From Fonticula alba ATCC 38817 (lineage: Eukaryota > Protista > Nucleariida): 64,000 nt of DNA. Within the stretch, counting starts at the first letter, position 1, and every line of letters starts with the position of its first letter. Of this stretch, positions 23,811 through 35,961 are shown piece after piece. The notes under the pieces were generated by a model that did not search any database, had not been told where the DNA came from, and saw nothing but the letters and a program-made list of their open reading frames with translations. The stretch is taken from NCBI GenBank assembly GCA_000388065.2, contig KB932206.1; one strand, 5' to 3'. Made by a program: the position numbers and the translations under genes.

Positions 23811-24913
23811 ATGGCGGCCCCACAATCTCGCGCCTGGCGTTCGTGTCTGGCCCTGCTTGTCCTGGCGTGCCTGCTGGCTCTGGCCGCGATGACGCCGAGC
23901 GTCGCGGCCCTGCCGCCTGCCGCGGCTGACCCCCCGGCCGAAGAGGAGTTCAACATTTTCAGCAATTGCATCGGCAAGAACCCGGTCACCGGTGCGAAGA
24001 TCGATCTGAACCCCCTGTACAACTCCAAGGTCGACTATACGGCGGCTTCGGTGAGCTTCCCGGACTTCGCCTATCGGCTGAATGTCTGCGGCCCGATGGT
24101 TGACAAGAAGGTCTGCCGTGATGCGGTGGGCAGCCTGGCCGACCCGGCCGTTTGTGAATACCATACAGATGGCGGGTCCGGCTGGACCCTGGTCACGGCC
24201 AACACCGATGTCGGCTTCACCGAGGCCGGCAACCCGACCATGTTCTTCCGCCACCCGACCGGCCTCTACTCGGCCAATGTCACCATGATCTGCAAGAGCA
24301 GCGCCGGCGTCGGCCAGCCCGTGCATGTCAACCTGGACCCGATCAACACGTACGTCCTGCCGGGTCCTGATCTTGTCTTGGTCCTGCCCCCCCCCCCTCC
24401 CCCCCCCTTCGATGTCTTTGCCGACTGCCTCGGGCATCCACCCCTTCCTAGGTGTCTGCAATCCACCCCCTGCGACTCACCGGCTCTCTTTCTATCTATC
24501 CCCCCCCTCTCTGCCCCTTCCTCCTTCGTCCATGCCCCTCCTCACAGCGAGCTCGCCTACTTTGTCTGGGAGACCAAGTATGCCTGCGCGGGCAGCAGTG
24601 GCGGCATCAGCGGTGGCGGCATCTTCCTGATCATCCTCTTCGTCCCGCTGGCCCTCTACCTGATCGGTGGCGTCCTCTACAACAAGTTCAAGCTCCAGCT
24701 GACGGTTCGTGTGAAGGGCATTTGTTTTGTGCCGCACCTGTATGGCCCTCCTCCCGCTAACGACCTACTATCCCCCCCCCCTCTCTCTCTCTCTCCCCCA
24801 CTCACCAGGGTATGGAGCTCATCCCGAACGTCGAGTTCTGGACCAACGGCTACCATCTCTTCATCGATGGCTGCCGCTTCACCTACCAAAAGGTCGTTGT
24901 CCGCGGCGAGTGA
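23811..24913 (+). CDS. Type I membrane MRH-domain receptor (cation-dependent M6P receptor/Atg27/Mrl1-like)
   Basis: Exons 23811-24349, 24548-24704, 24809-24913. Signal peptide; MRH motifs KIDLNPL, YRLNVCG, NVTMIC and WETKYAC; TM ISGGGIFLIILFVPLALYLIGGVLYN; family tail GMELIPNVEFW...DGCRFTYQKV. Confidence 0.85.
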
Positions 24914-25904
24914 GCTCTTCCTCTCGTCGACCGCAATCCGGCCATCGCCATCGTGCGCCCGCCGCCGATGGGTTATGCCTGGCTCCCCCTTCTTGCTTCT
25001 CCTTCTTCCCCCTCCTCTCGCGCGCTCTAAACACAAACACACAAATATACATCCCAAATTAGAATGCTGGCGCTGCCTCCCCTTTGCCGCCCGAGTAGAT
25101 CTCATTCCGGCGCGCTCCTCCGGGCACCGCGGGAGAGGCGATCCAAACACCCGCAATCAATCAGGTGTTCTGCACTTCACATGTCCACTATGACAATGCC
25201 ATTCTGTTTAGGTGGTCACACTCTCCGTTGGCAGTGATGTGGGGTTTGGGGCATGGTTATGGTTATGGGCGCGGGCTCTCGTGCTGGGCGGCGCGTCAGT
25301 GGGTGCGGGTATGTGCGGGTGCGTGCCCGGGCGCGGGGTGTGTCCATATGCACCCTGTGCATGAGTTTCGCCCCGGTCCCTTTCTCTCTCTCTCTGTCTG
25401 TTGCCTTGTTGCCTTTGATGGAGGTGTCTGTTGTTGGCGGAGGGCGCGACGGGGCAGGTCAGCCTTCGTGGAAAGACACGAGTGGGCTTGGGGGTACATG
25501 GCCGCACTCTCCGGGCTCCCACCCTGACCTCAGAGCCGCCGCCGCGAGTTCCCGCCGCGACCGTCGCAACCTCCTTCCGAGTGGTGTGGGTGTGCCTCCT
25601 TGCATCCCCTGGCCCGAAGGCCCCCCCGGCGTTCCACACTCTGGTCAATGCAAGGACGGCGCCCGACACGGCTATTGGCCCGTCCGTGGTCAGGGACGTG
25701 TGGTCCTTTCGGCCCCCGGGGGCAGTTCTCCCTATCTCTCGGCCTTCGCGTGTCCCGCCCAGTTCCGGGGTCGTGACGTTGGCCATTCTTGGCTTAGCAC
25801 CCCGGGACGGCCGGTGCCCCGCGCGGCGGCGCGGCAGAATTGGCTGAAGAGCTCACCTTCTCCTCCTCCTCCCCCTTCCCCCCCCCCCCCGCCTTTCCTA
25901 CACA

Positions 25905-26134
25905 ATGCTCGCCCTCCGCACTGCCCGTCTGGCCCGCCTGACCCCGGTCGCCGCTCGCGCCTTCGCCTCGGTCCCCTCGGCTGGTGGTGTCGTTCCCTCG
26001 GCTTCCAAGGACCAGGAGGTCGAGGCCTACCCCGATGTATGCCTGCGTTTTCCGCCCTCCCCTGTTGCTGGTCGACCCCAGGCCTAGCCATGTCGTCGTC
26101 CGCCTTCGGCCGTTAACCCCCTCCTTTCCCTTCG

Positions 26135-26221
<87 letters not shown>

Positions 26222-26925
26222 CGCCTCTCCCTCTCCTGTCCTCAGGGCTCCCTCGCCAACGTGGCCGTCAACCACCTCCCCCTGGCCAAGTTCCGCAGCG
26301 ACATCGGCGCCACCTCCGGCCAGCCGGTCCAGCATGCCGCCCGCACTGTGCGCATCATCCGCCCGCCGATGAACGCCATGCAGTCCGGCACCTTCCAGAC
26401 CCGCTACTACAAGATCGAATTCGACGTCAACCAGCGTTGGGAGAACCCTCTGATGGGCTGGACCTCCAGGTACGTATGCATCTGTGCTCTGCCCTGTGCC
26501 ACGCGAACGTCTGTGTGCATGCTTGTACATGCGTGTGCATATATGCCAGACGCACGCAGCCCGGCTCTTCCCCACCCACCCACTCCGCCTTGGGACTGGT
26601 ATCCTCGCTCGAGACCCTTCCCCCCCTCCCCCCTCCTGGTCATTCACACTCGCAACACTCCCCTCTCACCTCCGCCCCCCCCCCCCCATACACACACGCA
26701 CATAGCAACGACCCCCTGCAGGCTATCGACATGGCCCTGCGCTTCAACACCCTTGAGCAGGCCCAGCGCTTTGCCGAGCGCCAGGGGTGGGCGTACACCT
26801 GTGTCGCCGACACTGCCACTCCTCCGGCCGAGTTCAAGGCTCGCCACAAGCCCACCATCAACCGCAACTATGCCGAGAACTTCCGGCACTCCGCTCAGAA
26901 GCTCCGCTTCATCCGCACCAAGTAA
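25905..26925 (+). CDS. NDUFS4: NADH:ubiquinone oxidoreductase 18-kDa accessory subunit (complex I)
   Basis: Exons 25905-26036, 26246-26469, 26706-26925. Mitochondrial presequence; motifs RTVRIIRPPMNAMQSG, RWENPLMGWTSSNDP, LRFNTLEQAQRFAERQGWAY and NYAENF...KLRFIRTK. Confidence 0.95.
26135..26220. repeat. Poly-C homopolymer (86 nt) in NDUFS4 intron 1
   Basis: Seen directly. Confidence 0.85.
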
Positions 26926-27741
26926 GCGGCGCCGGGCCCCGAGAACGGCGGCAAGGGGCATGAGGGGGCGAGGAAAGAGCGTGCCCCCTTTCGCGTGCTC
27001 TCGCGCCGATCTCTTCCTCTCCCTCTCGCGCCCCCTCTCGTCCTTTCTCCGTGCCTTCTCCCCTGCCTGTCTCCAGGTTTGGCCCTGCCTTTGCCTCCTC
27101 TCTTTGCTAGACCGCCCTGCCTCCACACCTCCCAACCAGGCAGCCGTGCTGCCGCCGCGCACCCCCCCCCCCACCCCCCCCCCCCCACCCCTTGCCCCAT
27201 TCCCGTTGCTCTGTGTCTCCCCTTCCGGTCAAAGCACACCCTCGATATGCCCGCCCAGCGGCGCGCGAAAGATGCATTGCCGGGGACGGACCCTTGCTCC
27301 CCTTTGCCTGCTCCATCGCCTCTCTTTCTCCCGCCTGTATACTATGCGCGCATCTTCGCGCAAAGGGAGGATGGGCGCGCATTTGCCGTTCATATCGGCA
27401 CCGTGTGTCTGGCCAGCCGAGGGGCGGGGCGGGAGCGAGGGACGGTGCCATTCCCCTCCCCCTTCTCAGCCTCTCCAAATACACAAAACCATCAACTTGC
27501 CCTTTCGCTCTGCCGGACGCGTGTGCGGGGGCACCTCTGCGTGTTTGGAGGCCCATGGGGTCAAAAGTGGGGGGACCCTCCTGTGCCAGTCTCTGCTCCA
27601 TTCCCGCGATCTCGCCTCCACCCACATCAGTCGGCCCCCTGCGGCGGGCTTTTTTTCGTTGTTTTTTTTTTTTTTTTTTTTCGCGCCTCTGATCGCTCGG
27701 GCTGTGGGTTTGCCCTCCCTCTGAACCCCTCGCCCGCCACG

Positions 27742-28627
27742 ATGTGGTACATTTCGTTCGTTCTTCAGCCCGCCGGAACGCCGGCCGGGTGCGAGCCCCG
27801 CTGGACCCGCCTGCCCACGTTGGCTGGACCCGCCCAGCTCATGGTCGGCCGGGACCCGGCATGCGACCTGGCTGTGTCTCCTCGAGCCGGTGGCGTCAGT
27901 CGAAACCACTGTAAGATTACACGTGCCCGCCTTTCTTGCCCCTCAGCAGGAACGTTCAAGGGTCTGACTTTGACATTGCTTCTCCCTGTGTGGCCAATCC
28001 CCCCGGGGCCTGGCCACCGTTCAGGCACTATCGGCCTCAATCCCCTGGTCCAGACCGTTACTCTGAAGCAGGTGCCGGCATACATGCATTCGTCTATGGC
28101 CCCCACGCCCTCTCTCTCCCCTCCCCGCGGCACTCACAGCTCCCGGGCTGACCGTCACTCCGTCCAACATGCAGGCTGGCTCAAACTGGACCTTTGTCTC
28201 GCCTGGCAGCGGGCTCACTGCCCCGGCCGATCGCACCACCTCGGTCGGGGGCCGAAAGGGCGTCATGCTGGCCGCCGGCGAGAGTGTCTGTCTCCAGACC
28301 ACCAGGGACACCCGGCGGCGGGAGGCCTCCCTGCGCCTGGCGCTTGTGTTGCCCGACGGAACGGTGATCCAGTTGTCGATCCGCGAAGAACCCGCGGCCG
28401 CGCCAGCCAACCACGCAGCCGCGCACATTGCCCATGGGCTTGATGTCGGCACCGGGGGGGTATCGACCACGGGTGGGCCTGTGTCCGAGGCCGCCGAAGT
28501 GGCCCCGCCTCGCGCGTACTCCGGGTCGAGGGCGGAGGCCGCCGATCGCCCCTGTCCGGAGGCGGCCCGAGACCCGGCGTTTAGTCTCATGATCTCCCCC
28601 GAGTCATCGGACGTCGAACGTGATTAG
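27742..28627 (+). CDS. Small stand-alone FHA-domain protein (PNKP/aprataxin/APLF-type FHA), ~222 aa
   Basis: Exons 27742-27910, 28025-28071, 28175-28627, with a GCTGAC branch-like site before the last acceptor. Spliced product LMVGRDPACDL...VSRNHC|TIGLNPLVQTVTLKQ|AGSNWTFVS...MLAAGESVCL contains the FHA GR and SRxH motifs. NPLVQTVTLKQAGSN resembles PNKP DPETRTVAVKQLGVN. Confidence 0.72.
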
Positions 28628-30544
28628 CCCCACGCGCGGCCTCCGGAAATAGAAATTCACTTACCATGCGTGGGCAGAGGAGCATCAGAACCCGCCCCGG
28701 CTGAGGGTTGCATTTCGCCCCTTTTTTTCTTTTGCCCCCACGCCCAGGCGCGGGCGGCCGATGATATTCCACCGCGAATCCGGGCGGCCCGCGCCGCTTC
28801 CGTGCCCCGGGCGCTTCGGGGCCCGGGGGCAAGCCGGGAGAAGGGGCCTAGTCCCGCGCGGGGTGTGCCGGGCCGCCGGGGAGAATGGCCGCCCGCCGAA
28901 CGGCCTGGCCGCGTCGGGACCAGTGGGTGCCTGGTCTTCCTCCGCGGCGAGGGAGTGGCGTGAGTTCAAGTTTCGGGTGATCGGGCGCACAGGCGCCGCT
29001 GTTCATGGGCGATGCGGGGCCCCCCCCCGCAGGCGCGTGTGGCGAGCCAGTCGGGGCATTCTCCCCAGATGGATCGGGAGGAATGAGGGGTAGCCGTGCT
29101 TCGGTCGACGGATGGGAGGATGCCCAACGGAATGCGACCCCCGGTCTGCATCGACCCGGGGGCGAGCTCTGCCACAAGTAGCCCCGGCGGGTGTGAAAGG
29201 AGGGGGGGGGGGGCATCAACGTTTGAGCAGCCACAATCACGGCGCTCTTGCAGGAGTAGACGGGGCAAGGAGGACCGCGCGTGAGAGCCGTGGGCCCCCC
29301 CCCCCCCCCAGGTCCGGGAGCAGGCATAGCGGGGTGGATGCCGCCGAGGTATGTGGCCCCCCTGGGGGGGCCCCTCGCCTTGCGGTCTGTGCCAGACCGC
29401 AGGCTCATTAGTGTGCAGGCTCCGAGTCCCGGCCCGCGCACTCATGTGTGTCAGGGACAGATGAGAGAGCCCCGGGAGCTTTCCCCTCAAGTCCACTTTT
29501 TGCAGGCCGGGGCCCCAGGCCTATTTTAGCGCAGGAGGCCTGTGTCCCCCGCAGGGCGCCTGGGGCTCCCCGAGGCGGCTCCCCCGCCTCCGCGTCGCTC
29601 GTGCCCCTGAGCCTGGAGCGAGGGGTGGCCGCGGAGCCGCGGCCGTCCCTCGGACGCGCGGCCGGGGGTGGCAGTGAAGGGGGCATTTTATACGAAGCGA
29701 TGGTGCGGCGTTTGGCGTGATCGACGCCGAGGGCAGGCCCTCCGGCCGGGCCGGCGGGGTTGGCTCCAGTCTCGAAACCGGCTGGGCCCCCGCGAATGCG
29801 CGCGCCCATCCGCTCCCGCCTTCATTTCCGGCGTTCATTTAGTCTCAGCGTCCGCGGGGCCGAGGGGGGGGCGCCGTTTGGTGCGCAGCGGGCGGCGGTC
29901 GATGCGCGCGCACTCACGCCCGTTGCTCCCTGGGCCGGTGTCGCCGCCGTCGCCACTGTCGCCGCCAGGGGAAGCCCTGGCGGAGGGGCGGCGCGGAGAA
30001 GCCGCGAGCGCCGTGCGCCGGACAGTTGGCACTCTCCTTGTTGTCTCGTAATGCCGGGGCGGCAGTTGTGTCCCCGAGCGGGCGAACCGCGGGCCCCTCG
30101 GTTCGCCATGTGACGAGCAAATCTGCAAGGCCGAAGGGCGATCCCTGGCTGCGCGGTCGACGCTTCGCGGCCCGGCCGGCGGCCAGTACACCGGCTCCGG
30201 CCGGGGGCCGGGGATCCCAAGTGCCAGGTACGAGATCTGCCCAGTTGGGTGCCGACCGACGGCGATCCCTCCTTCCGAGGGCTGATATGGTGTTTCGTCC
30301 CTCATCTTGGTTATGAGTCGGCCCCTTGCCGTTGCTCCGCGGTGATCCAGGGGCCGAGGGCTGGGGAGGAGGCAGGGGGTGGATCTAAGGCGGATCGCGG
30401 CCTTTTTGCCCCTTGGCCGCCACCCCACTTTGTCTGCGCGACCTTGGGGTGCCCGCGCCCCCCTCGCCCACCCACTATTGGGCCATGCTTGGCTCGATCT
30501 CCCAGCCCCGTGCACGCTGATTTCGAGTGTGTGGCCTCCCGGCT

Positions 30545-30790
30545 GGTTCTCTCTGTATGTGTGTCTCTCTCTCTGTGTGTGTCTCTCTCTCTGTGTGTGT
30601 GTCTCTCTCTCTGTGTGTGTGTCTCTCTCTCTGTGTGTGTCTCTCTCTCTGTGTGTGTNNNNNNNNNNTCTCTGTGTGTGTCTCTCTCTCTCTCTGTGTG
30701 TGTCTCTCTCTCTGTGTGTGTGTCTCTCTCTCTGTGTGTGTCTCTCTCTCTCTCTGTGTGTGTGTCTGTCTCTCTCTCTCTCTCTGTCTC
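30545..30790. repeat. Compound (CT)n(GT)n microsatellite with ~20-bp higher-order unit, interrupted by an N-gap
   Basis: Visible ctctctctctgtgtgtgtgt iterations. Confidence 0.9.
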
Positions 30791-31002
30791 CCCCCCCCCT
30801 CTCTCTCTCCCTCTCTCGCTCTCCCTCCGCCTCCCTCCCTTTTCCGGACAACAAGGTAAAGCCCAGAAAGAAGGGCGACTCCCGACAGGCCACCAGTTGT
30901 CGCTGGAGGGTACCTTCCACTTTCTCGGCTCCGCCACCACCTCCCATTTCCTCTGCCCTTTCGCCTACCGCCCCGCCTCCCACTTTCCCTTCCCTCGCAG
31001 TC

Positions 31003-34000
31003 ATGGTGTCGCGTCGCGGGCCACCACCTCGGCTGGTGCGGCCCTCGGCCCTGCTGCTGGTGCTGGCTTGCCTTCTCGCCCCCCTCCTCCTCGGCGCCGG
31101 GATCGGAAGCGCCCTGCCCACCCCCACCGCCGCCGGCGACCGGACTCTCGCCTTCCAGGACACGCATCCTTCTGGCGGTACCTCCTCACCCGATCCTCGC
31201 CCTTCCGCACACTCGCCTGTTCTAACCCCCCCCCCCCCTGCCCCCTCGCCCGGGCTCCTCCCGCCGCAGAGGACATGTCCATCAGCAACCTCTTCTGCCC
31301 CCCTGGATCGTCGCTTCACAACTTTTCCTGTCGCAAGTGCTCGATTGCCGGGTGCAAGACATGCACCTGGTTCCAAGGGCCCGAGCAGTGTCACGCCTGT
31401 TTGGATGGCTTCTCCTCCGATCTCCCATGCACTCAATGCCCGAGCCTCTGCAAGACCTGCAGCCTGAGCCTCCACTGCACGGCCTGCAATCCCGGGGCCC
31501 TCCTTCACCGGGACACCGGGACCTGCCACAGCACCTGCCCGGAGGGCACCTTCCCCGAGGGGGACTTCTGCCAGGACTGTGGCTCCGGCTGTCAGCGATG
31601 CTCCGGCTCCGGGACCTGCGACAAGTGCCACCAGGGGGTCAGCTACTTCGGTAGCTGCGTTGCCGCCTGCCCGGAGGGGTTTGGCCTGGATGCCACGGGA
31701 CTCGTGTGTCAAGCCTGCCCGGCCGGGTGTCTTTCCTGCTCGCAGGCCGCCATCTGCCAGGTCTGCCTGCAGGGGCAGTTCGAGCACCAGGGCGGCTGTG
31801 TGGCAGCCTGCCCTGCCGGCACCGCGCCCAATGCCGAGGGGACTCGGTGCCTGCCCTGTCCGGACATGTGCACGGCCTGTACCTCGGCCGCCACCACATG
31901 CACCGCTTGCGCTCCGGGGATGCTGCTCTTCAACTTCCGCTGCGTGGCAAGCTGCCCGGCCGGCTTCTACTCGGATGGGCGGTCCTGCCTCAGCTGCAAC
32001 CTCAACAACTGCCAAGAGTGCGCCCTGCCCTCTGGCGGGTCGTCGACTCCGGTGTGTCTCTCCTGCCGCGGGGACACCATCCTCAGCCTGGATGCCCGGA
32101 TGTGTCTGAGTGCCTGCCCGAGCGGGCAGTCGGCCCACATTACCGAGGGCGTGCATCAGTGCGCCGCCTGCCCGCAAAATTGCGCCACCTGCTCCAGCTC
32201 GCCGGCCGTGTGCGATGCCTGTCAGGCGGGCTACTTCCTGTCGATGGACAGGTGCACGGCCACCTGCCCGACGGACCAGTTCGCCGATTCGACTTCTCGG
32301 ACCTGCCGGGCATGCCATGCCTCCTGCCGGACTTGCTCCGGCCAGGCGGCCGACAAGTGCACCTCCTGCCAGGAGGGCATGGTGGTCGAGGAGCCCGGGC
32401 CGGCTGGCCGGTGTGTGCCCGACTGCTCGGACCCGGGCGCCTGTCCCAGCGGGTGCTCCGAGCATTGTACCTCCTGCCGGGTGTCCCCGGGCGCCACGGA
32501 TCCCACCGACACCACGTGCCTGTCTTGCGACACGCCCTTCCTCCTGGATGGCGGTGCCTGTGTGGAGACCTGCCCTCCGGGGCATGCCAGCGCCGGAACC
32601 GGGGCCTGCTTCTCCTGCCACCCATCGTGCGCCGCCTGCACCGAGGGCTTCACCGCCTCCCAATGCACCGCCTGCCCAAGTGGCAAGTTCCTCCAGCAGG
32701 GCTACTGCCTGGATGAGTGCGATCCCGTTGGCTGGTTCCCGAGCACGACCAGCCAATGTGCCCGGTGTCATGGGTCTTGCCTCCAATGTGCCGGCTTGAC
32801 GGCCACCCATTGCACCCGATGCCCGCGTGGACGACGGCTACTCCCCGCGGCCGGGTCCGATGACCAGAACCCGCTGGGGTCCTGTGTCGAGCGTTGTCCC
32901 GATGGCTGGCACAGCAATTCCACCGGCACCAGCTGCCTGCGGTGTGATGCCAGCTGTGGCACCTGCTCCGGGCCGGCGGCCAGCCAGTGCACCTCCTGCC
33001 TGGCTGGGGGGAATCTCCACGCCGGGCAATGCCTTGCCGAGTGCCCGGCCCGGTTCTTCCCGCAGCCGTCCACCTCCGGCACTTGGAATCGGTGTGCCGC
33101 CTGTACGGCCGGCTGTGAGATGTGCACCGGCGACACGGCGGCCCTATGCGTCGCCTGCCAGCCGGGGTTCTTCGCGGTCGAGGGGGTTGGCTGTCGGGAG
33201 GTTTGTCCGGCTGGCCAGCTGGCCGACCCGGCCACCCGGCGATGCATCCCCTGCGCGGCTTCCTGCGCGGAGTGCCGCGGCTCGCCGGACTTCTGCACCC
33301 GCTGCCCGGCCGGGCAGGTGCCGAGCATCAGATCCGGCCAATGCCAGGCCACCTGCGAGGCGGATGAGATCCTCCAAGCCGGCGCCTGCCAGCCCTGCCA
33401 CCCGAGCTGCTCCGCATGCCAGACACCGAACTCCCATTCCAGTTGCACCGTCTGCCAGGACAACACCTTCCACCTGGATGGCACTTGCCATGGGAGCTGC
33501 CCGGCGGGCTTCTTCCCGGCGAATGGGCCCTGCTCCGGGGCCGGCACCGGTTCTGCCCTGCTCGGTGCCATGGCGGCCGAGAGTGGGGGGGGCACCTGCT
33601 GTCGGTGTTCGCTGGAATGTGACACCTGTGCTGGCCCGGGCAACAGGCAGTGCACCCGGTGCCCGGCCGGCAAGCTGCTTCACGAGGGCACTTGTCTTAC
33701 GGCCTGCCCGGAGCCTGGCTTTTTCCCCGATCTCGACACCGGCCGCTGCTCCAAATGCAGTGCCCTCTGCGATGTGTGCCCTGGGGGCCCGGGCACGTGC
33801 GAGCAGTGCAAGCCCGGGGCATACATGTTCACTGGGCTGAAGCCCGACCCCCAGGCCAAGGCTGGCTCCCGGGCTTCGGAGGACGTCTCGCCCATGGTCA
33901 GCCATGCCATGTGCACCTCCGTCTGCCCTGGGGGCTGGTATCCCGACAACCAGTACATGACGTGCGAGCTGTGTGCCACGGATTGCATCCAGTGCTCTGG

Positions 34001-35512
34001 GCCCACCGACCTGGACTGCCAAGTTCGCCAGTGTGATACCGACAACAGCTGCTCCTCCAGTGCGTGTCCCATGGTCCTGTTGCTTGCTGGCCGTGAGTCC
34101 TGTCCCAGGTGGGGGAGGGGGGGGGGATCTTGGTGCTCTGTCTGGGGCCTCCCCTTTTCCTGCATGAAACTGATTCCCTCCCGCAGAGACACGCTCCTCC
34201 CTGGCCATTGGGCTGTCTGTTGGCCTGCTACTGCCGATCATCATCCTCGGCATCGTGGTGTGGATTGTCCTTCGCCGCCGGCGCCAGCCCCAGCCAAAGG
34301 CCGAGGAGGCCCCCCCCTCGCCCGATGTGCGTGTGCTCTCGTCAACCATCTTTCCCGCTGCTCCCTTTTTTTTCGTTTGCATCGTGGCATGTGCACGCAT
34401 GAGTGGTTTGTGCCCCCCCCCCCCCCCCCCCTCCCGCCTCACAAGCCACCCATGCGCGTGTGTGCCCCTTGCCCCATGCACCTTGCTGGACCCCTTTTGC
34501 CTGGTGCACGGCGTCCTGGCTCCTCACCTTCCGATCGCACCGAAACACGCGCATCCATCTACCCATGAATATGACACACGCATGTGCACGCACGACAGAT
34601 GGCCGATATGACGATCCTGAACACCATCGTCGGTACGCTCCCGACCCTGCCTGCTTCCGTGCCGCGGGGGAGGCGCATGCTGCCCGCCCGTGTGTCATTA
34701 ACCAACACCCCTCTGCCATTTGGCCTCGCGCAGATCTCTCGCTTCCGGGCTTCACGCAAATTCGGATCGGCGAGGATGTCAAGGTTCTCGGGGAGGACTC
34801 GGATCTCGGGTCTGGCGCCCATGCGTCCGTCAAGAAGGCTCGCGTTTTCAAGCCGCTGCTGCTGCAGCGCGTTGGCCAGGACTTTGTGGCCGTCAAGTTC
34901 TTCACCGGTGCGTGGATAATCCCCTCGGCCCCCTCTCGTGGCCGATCGACCACCCTGGGCATTGCCCTCCTTCCGCCTCCCCTCCCTCTCCCCTGCCGAG
35001 CGTCTCCCCGCCCGGCCACACTTCCTTCCTCTGACTCGGTCGCCCCCCTCGCCTGCCCTCCCCCGCAGATGACATCTCCCCTCGACTGCTGCAGTCGATG
35101 TTTGAGATGGAGGTATCCACCCTCTGGTATGTGGTCACCCACGCAGCGCCACGCTTTTCACGCTTGCCCATGCGTGCTTGTGTCGCCCCCCCCCCCCCTT
35201 CCCTCTTCCTCTCTCTCCCTCTCCCGCTCTCAATTGCTGATCATCGTCGACTTGTCTGCCGGTTCCTCCCGGGCGCGGCCATCCCTCCCCCAAAGGGCAC
35301 TCCAAAGCTCGCCCCATGTCGCCACTCTGTACGGCTACTCCGAAAGCCCCAAGGCTTTGGTGATGAAGCTGTACGACTCGAACCTCAGCCAGCTTCTCCA
35401 CAGCTCCGAAGGCCCGGGCGACATCAGCTTGCCGATCGTCAAAAGCCTGGCCACCCAGATCAGTGCGCCATCCCCCGCCTCTTTGCTGCCCCCGACACCG
35501 GCCACCGTGCTG

Positions 35513-35550
<38 letters not shown>

Positions 35551-35926
35551 GGCCACCCCATCCCAGTCTCAGGTCTGGCGTNNNNNNNNNNNNNNNNNNN
35601 NNNNNNNNNNNNNNNNNNNNNNNNNNNNNNNNNNNNNNNNNNNNNNNNNNNNNNNNNNNNNNNNNNNNNNNNNNNNNNNNNNNNNNNNNNNNNNNNNNNN
35701 NNNNNNNNNNNNNNNNNNNNNNNNNNNNNNNNNNNNNNNNNNNNNNNNNNNNNNNNNNAGCCCCAAGGCTTTGGTGATGAAGCTGTACGACTGGAGGCGC
35801 AACCAGGGCCTCCTCAGCTCCGAGCGCCCGGGCGACATCAGCTTGCCGACCGCCAAAAGCCTGGCCACTCAGATCAGTGCGCCCTCCCCCGCCTCTTTGC
35901 TGCCGCCGACCCCGGCTACCGCGCTG

Positions 35927-35961
<35 letters not shown>

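Noticed and set aside
27742-28627. Call as NBS1/Xrs2
   Set aside because: No BRCT repeats or Mre11-binding motif, the protein is only ~222 aa, and the FHA is closer to the PNKP/APTX type.
29835-32810. 991-aa minus-strand ORF, plus other long antisense ORFs (4715-6907, 39321-41606, 58606-60672)
   Set aside because: These are shadow frames of GC-rich genes on the opposite strand and have no motifs.
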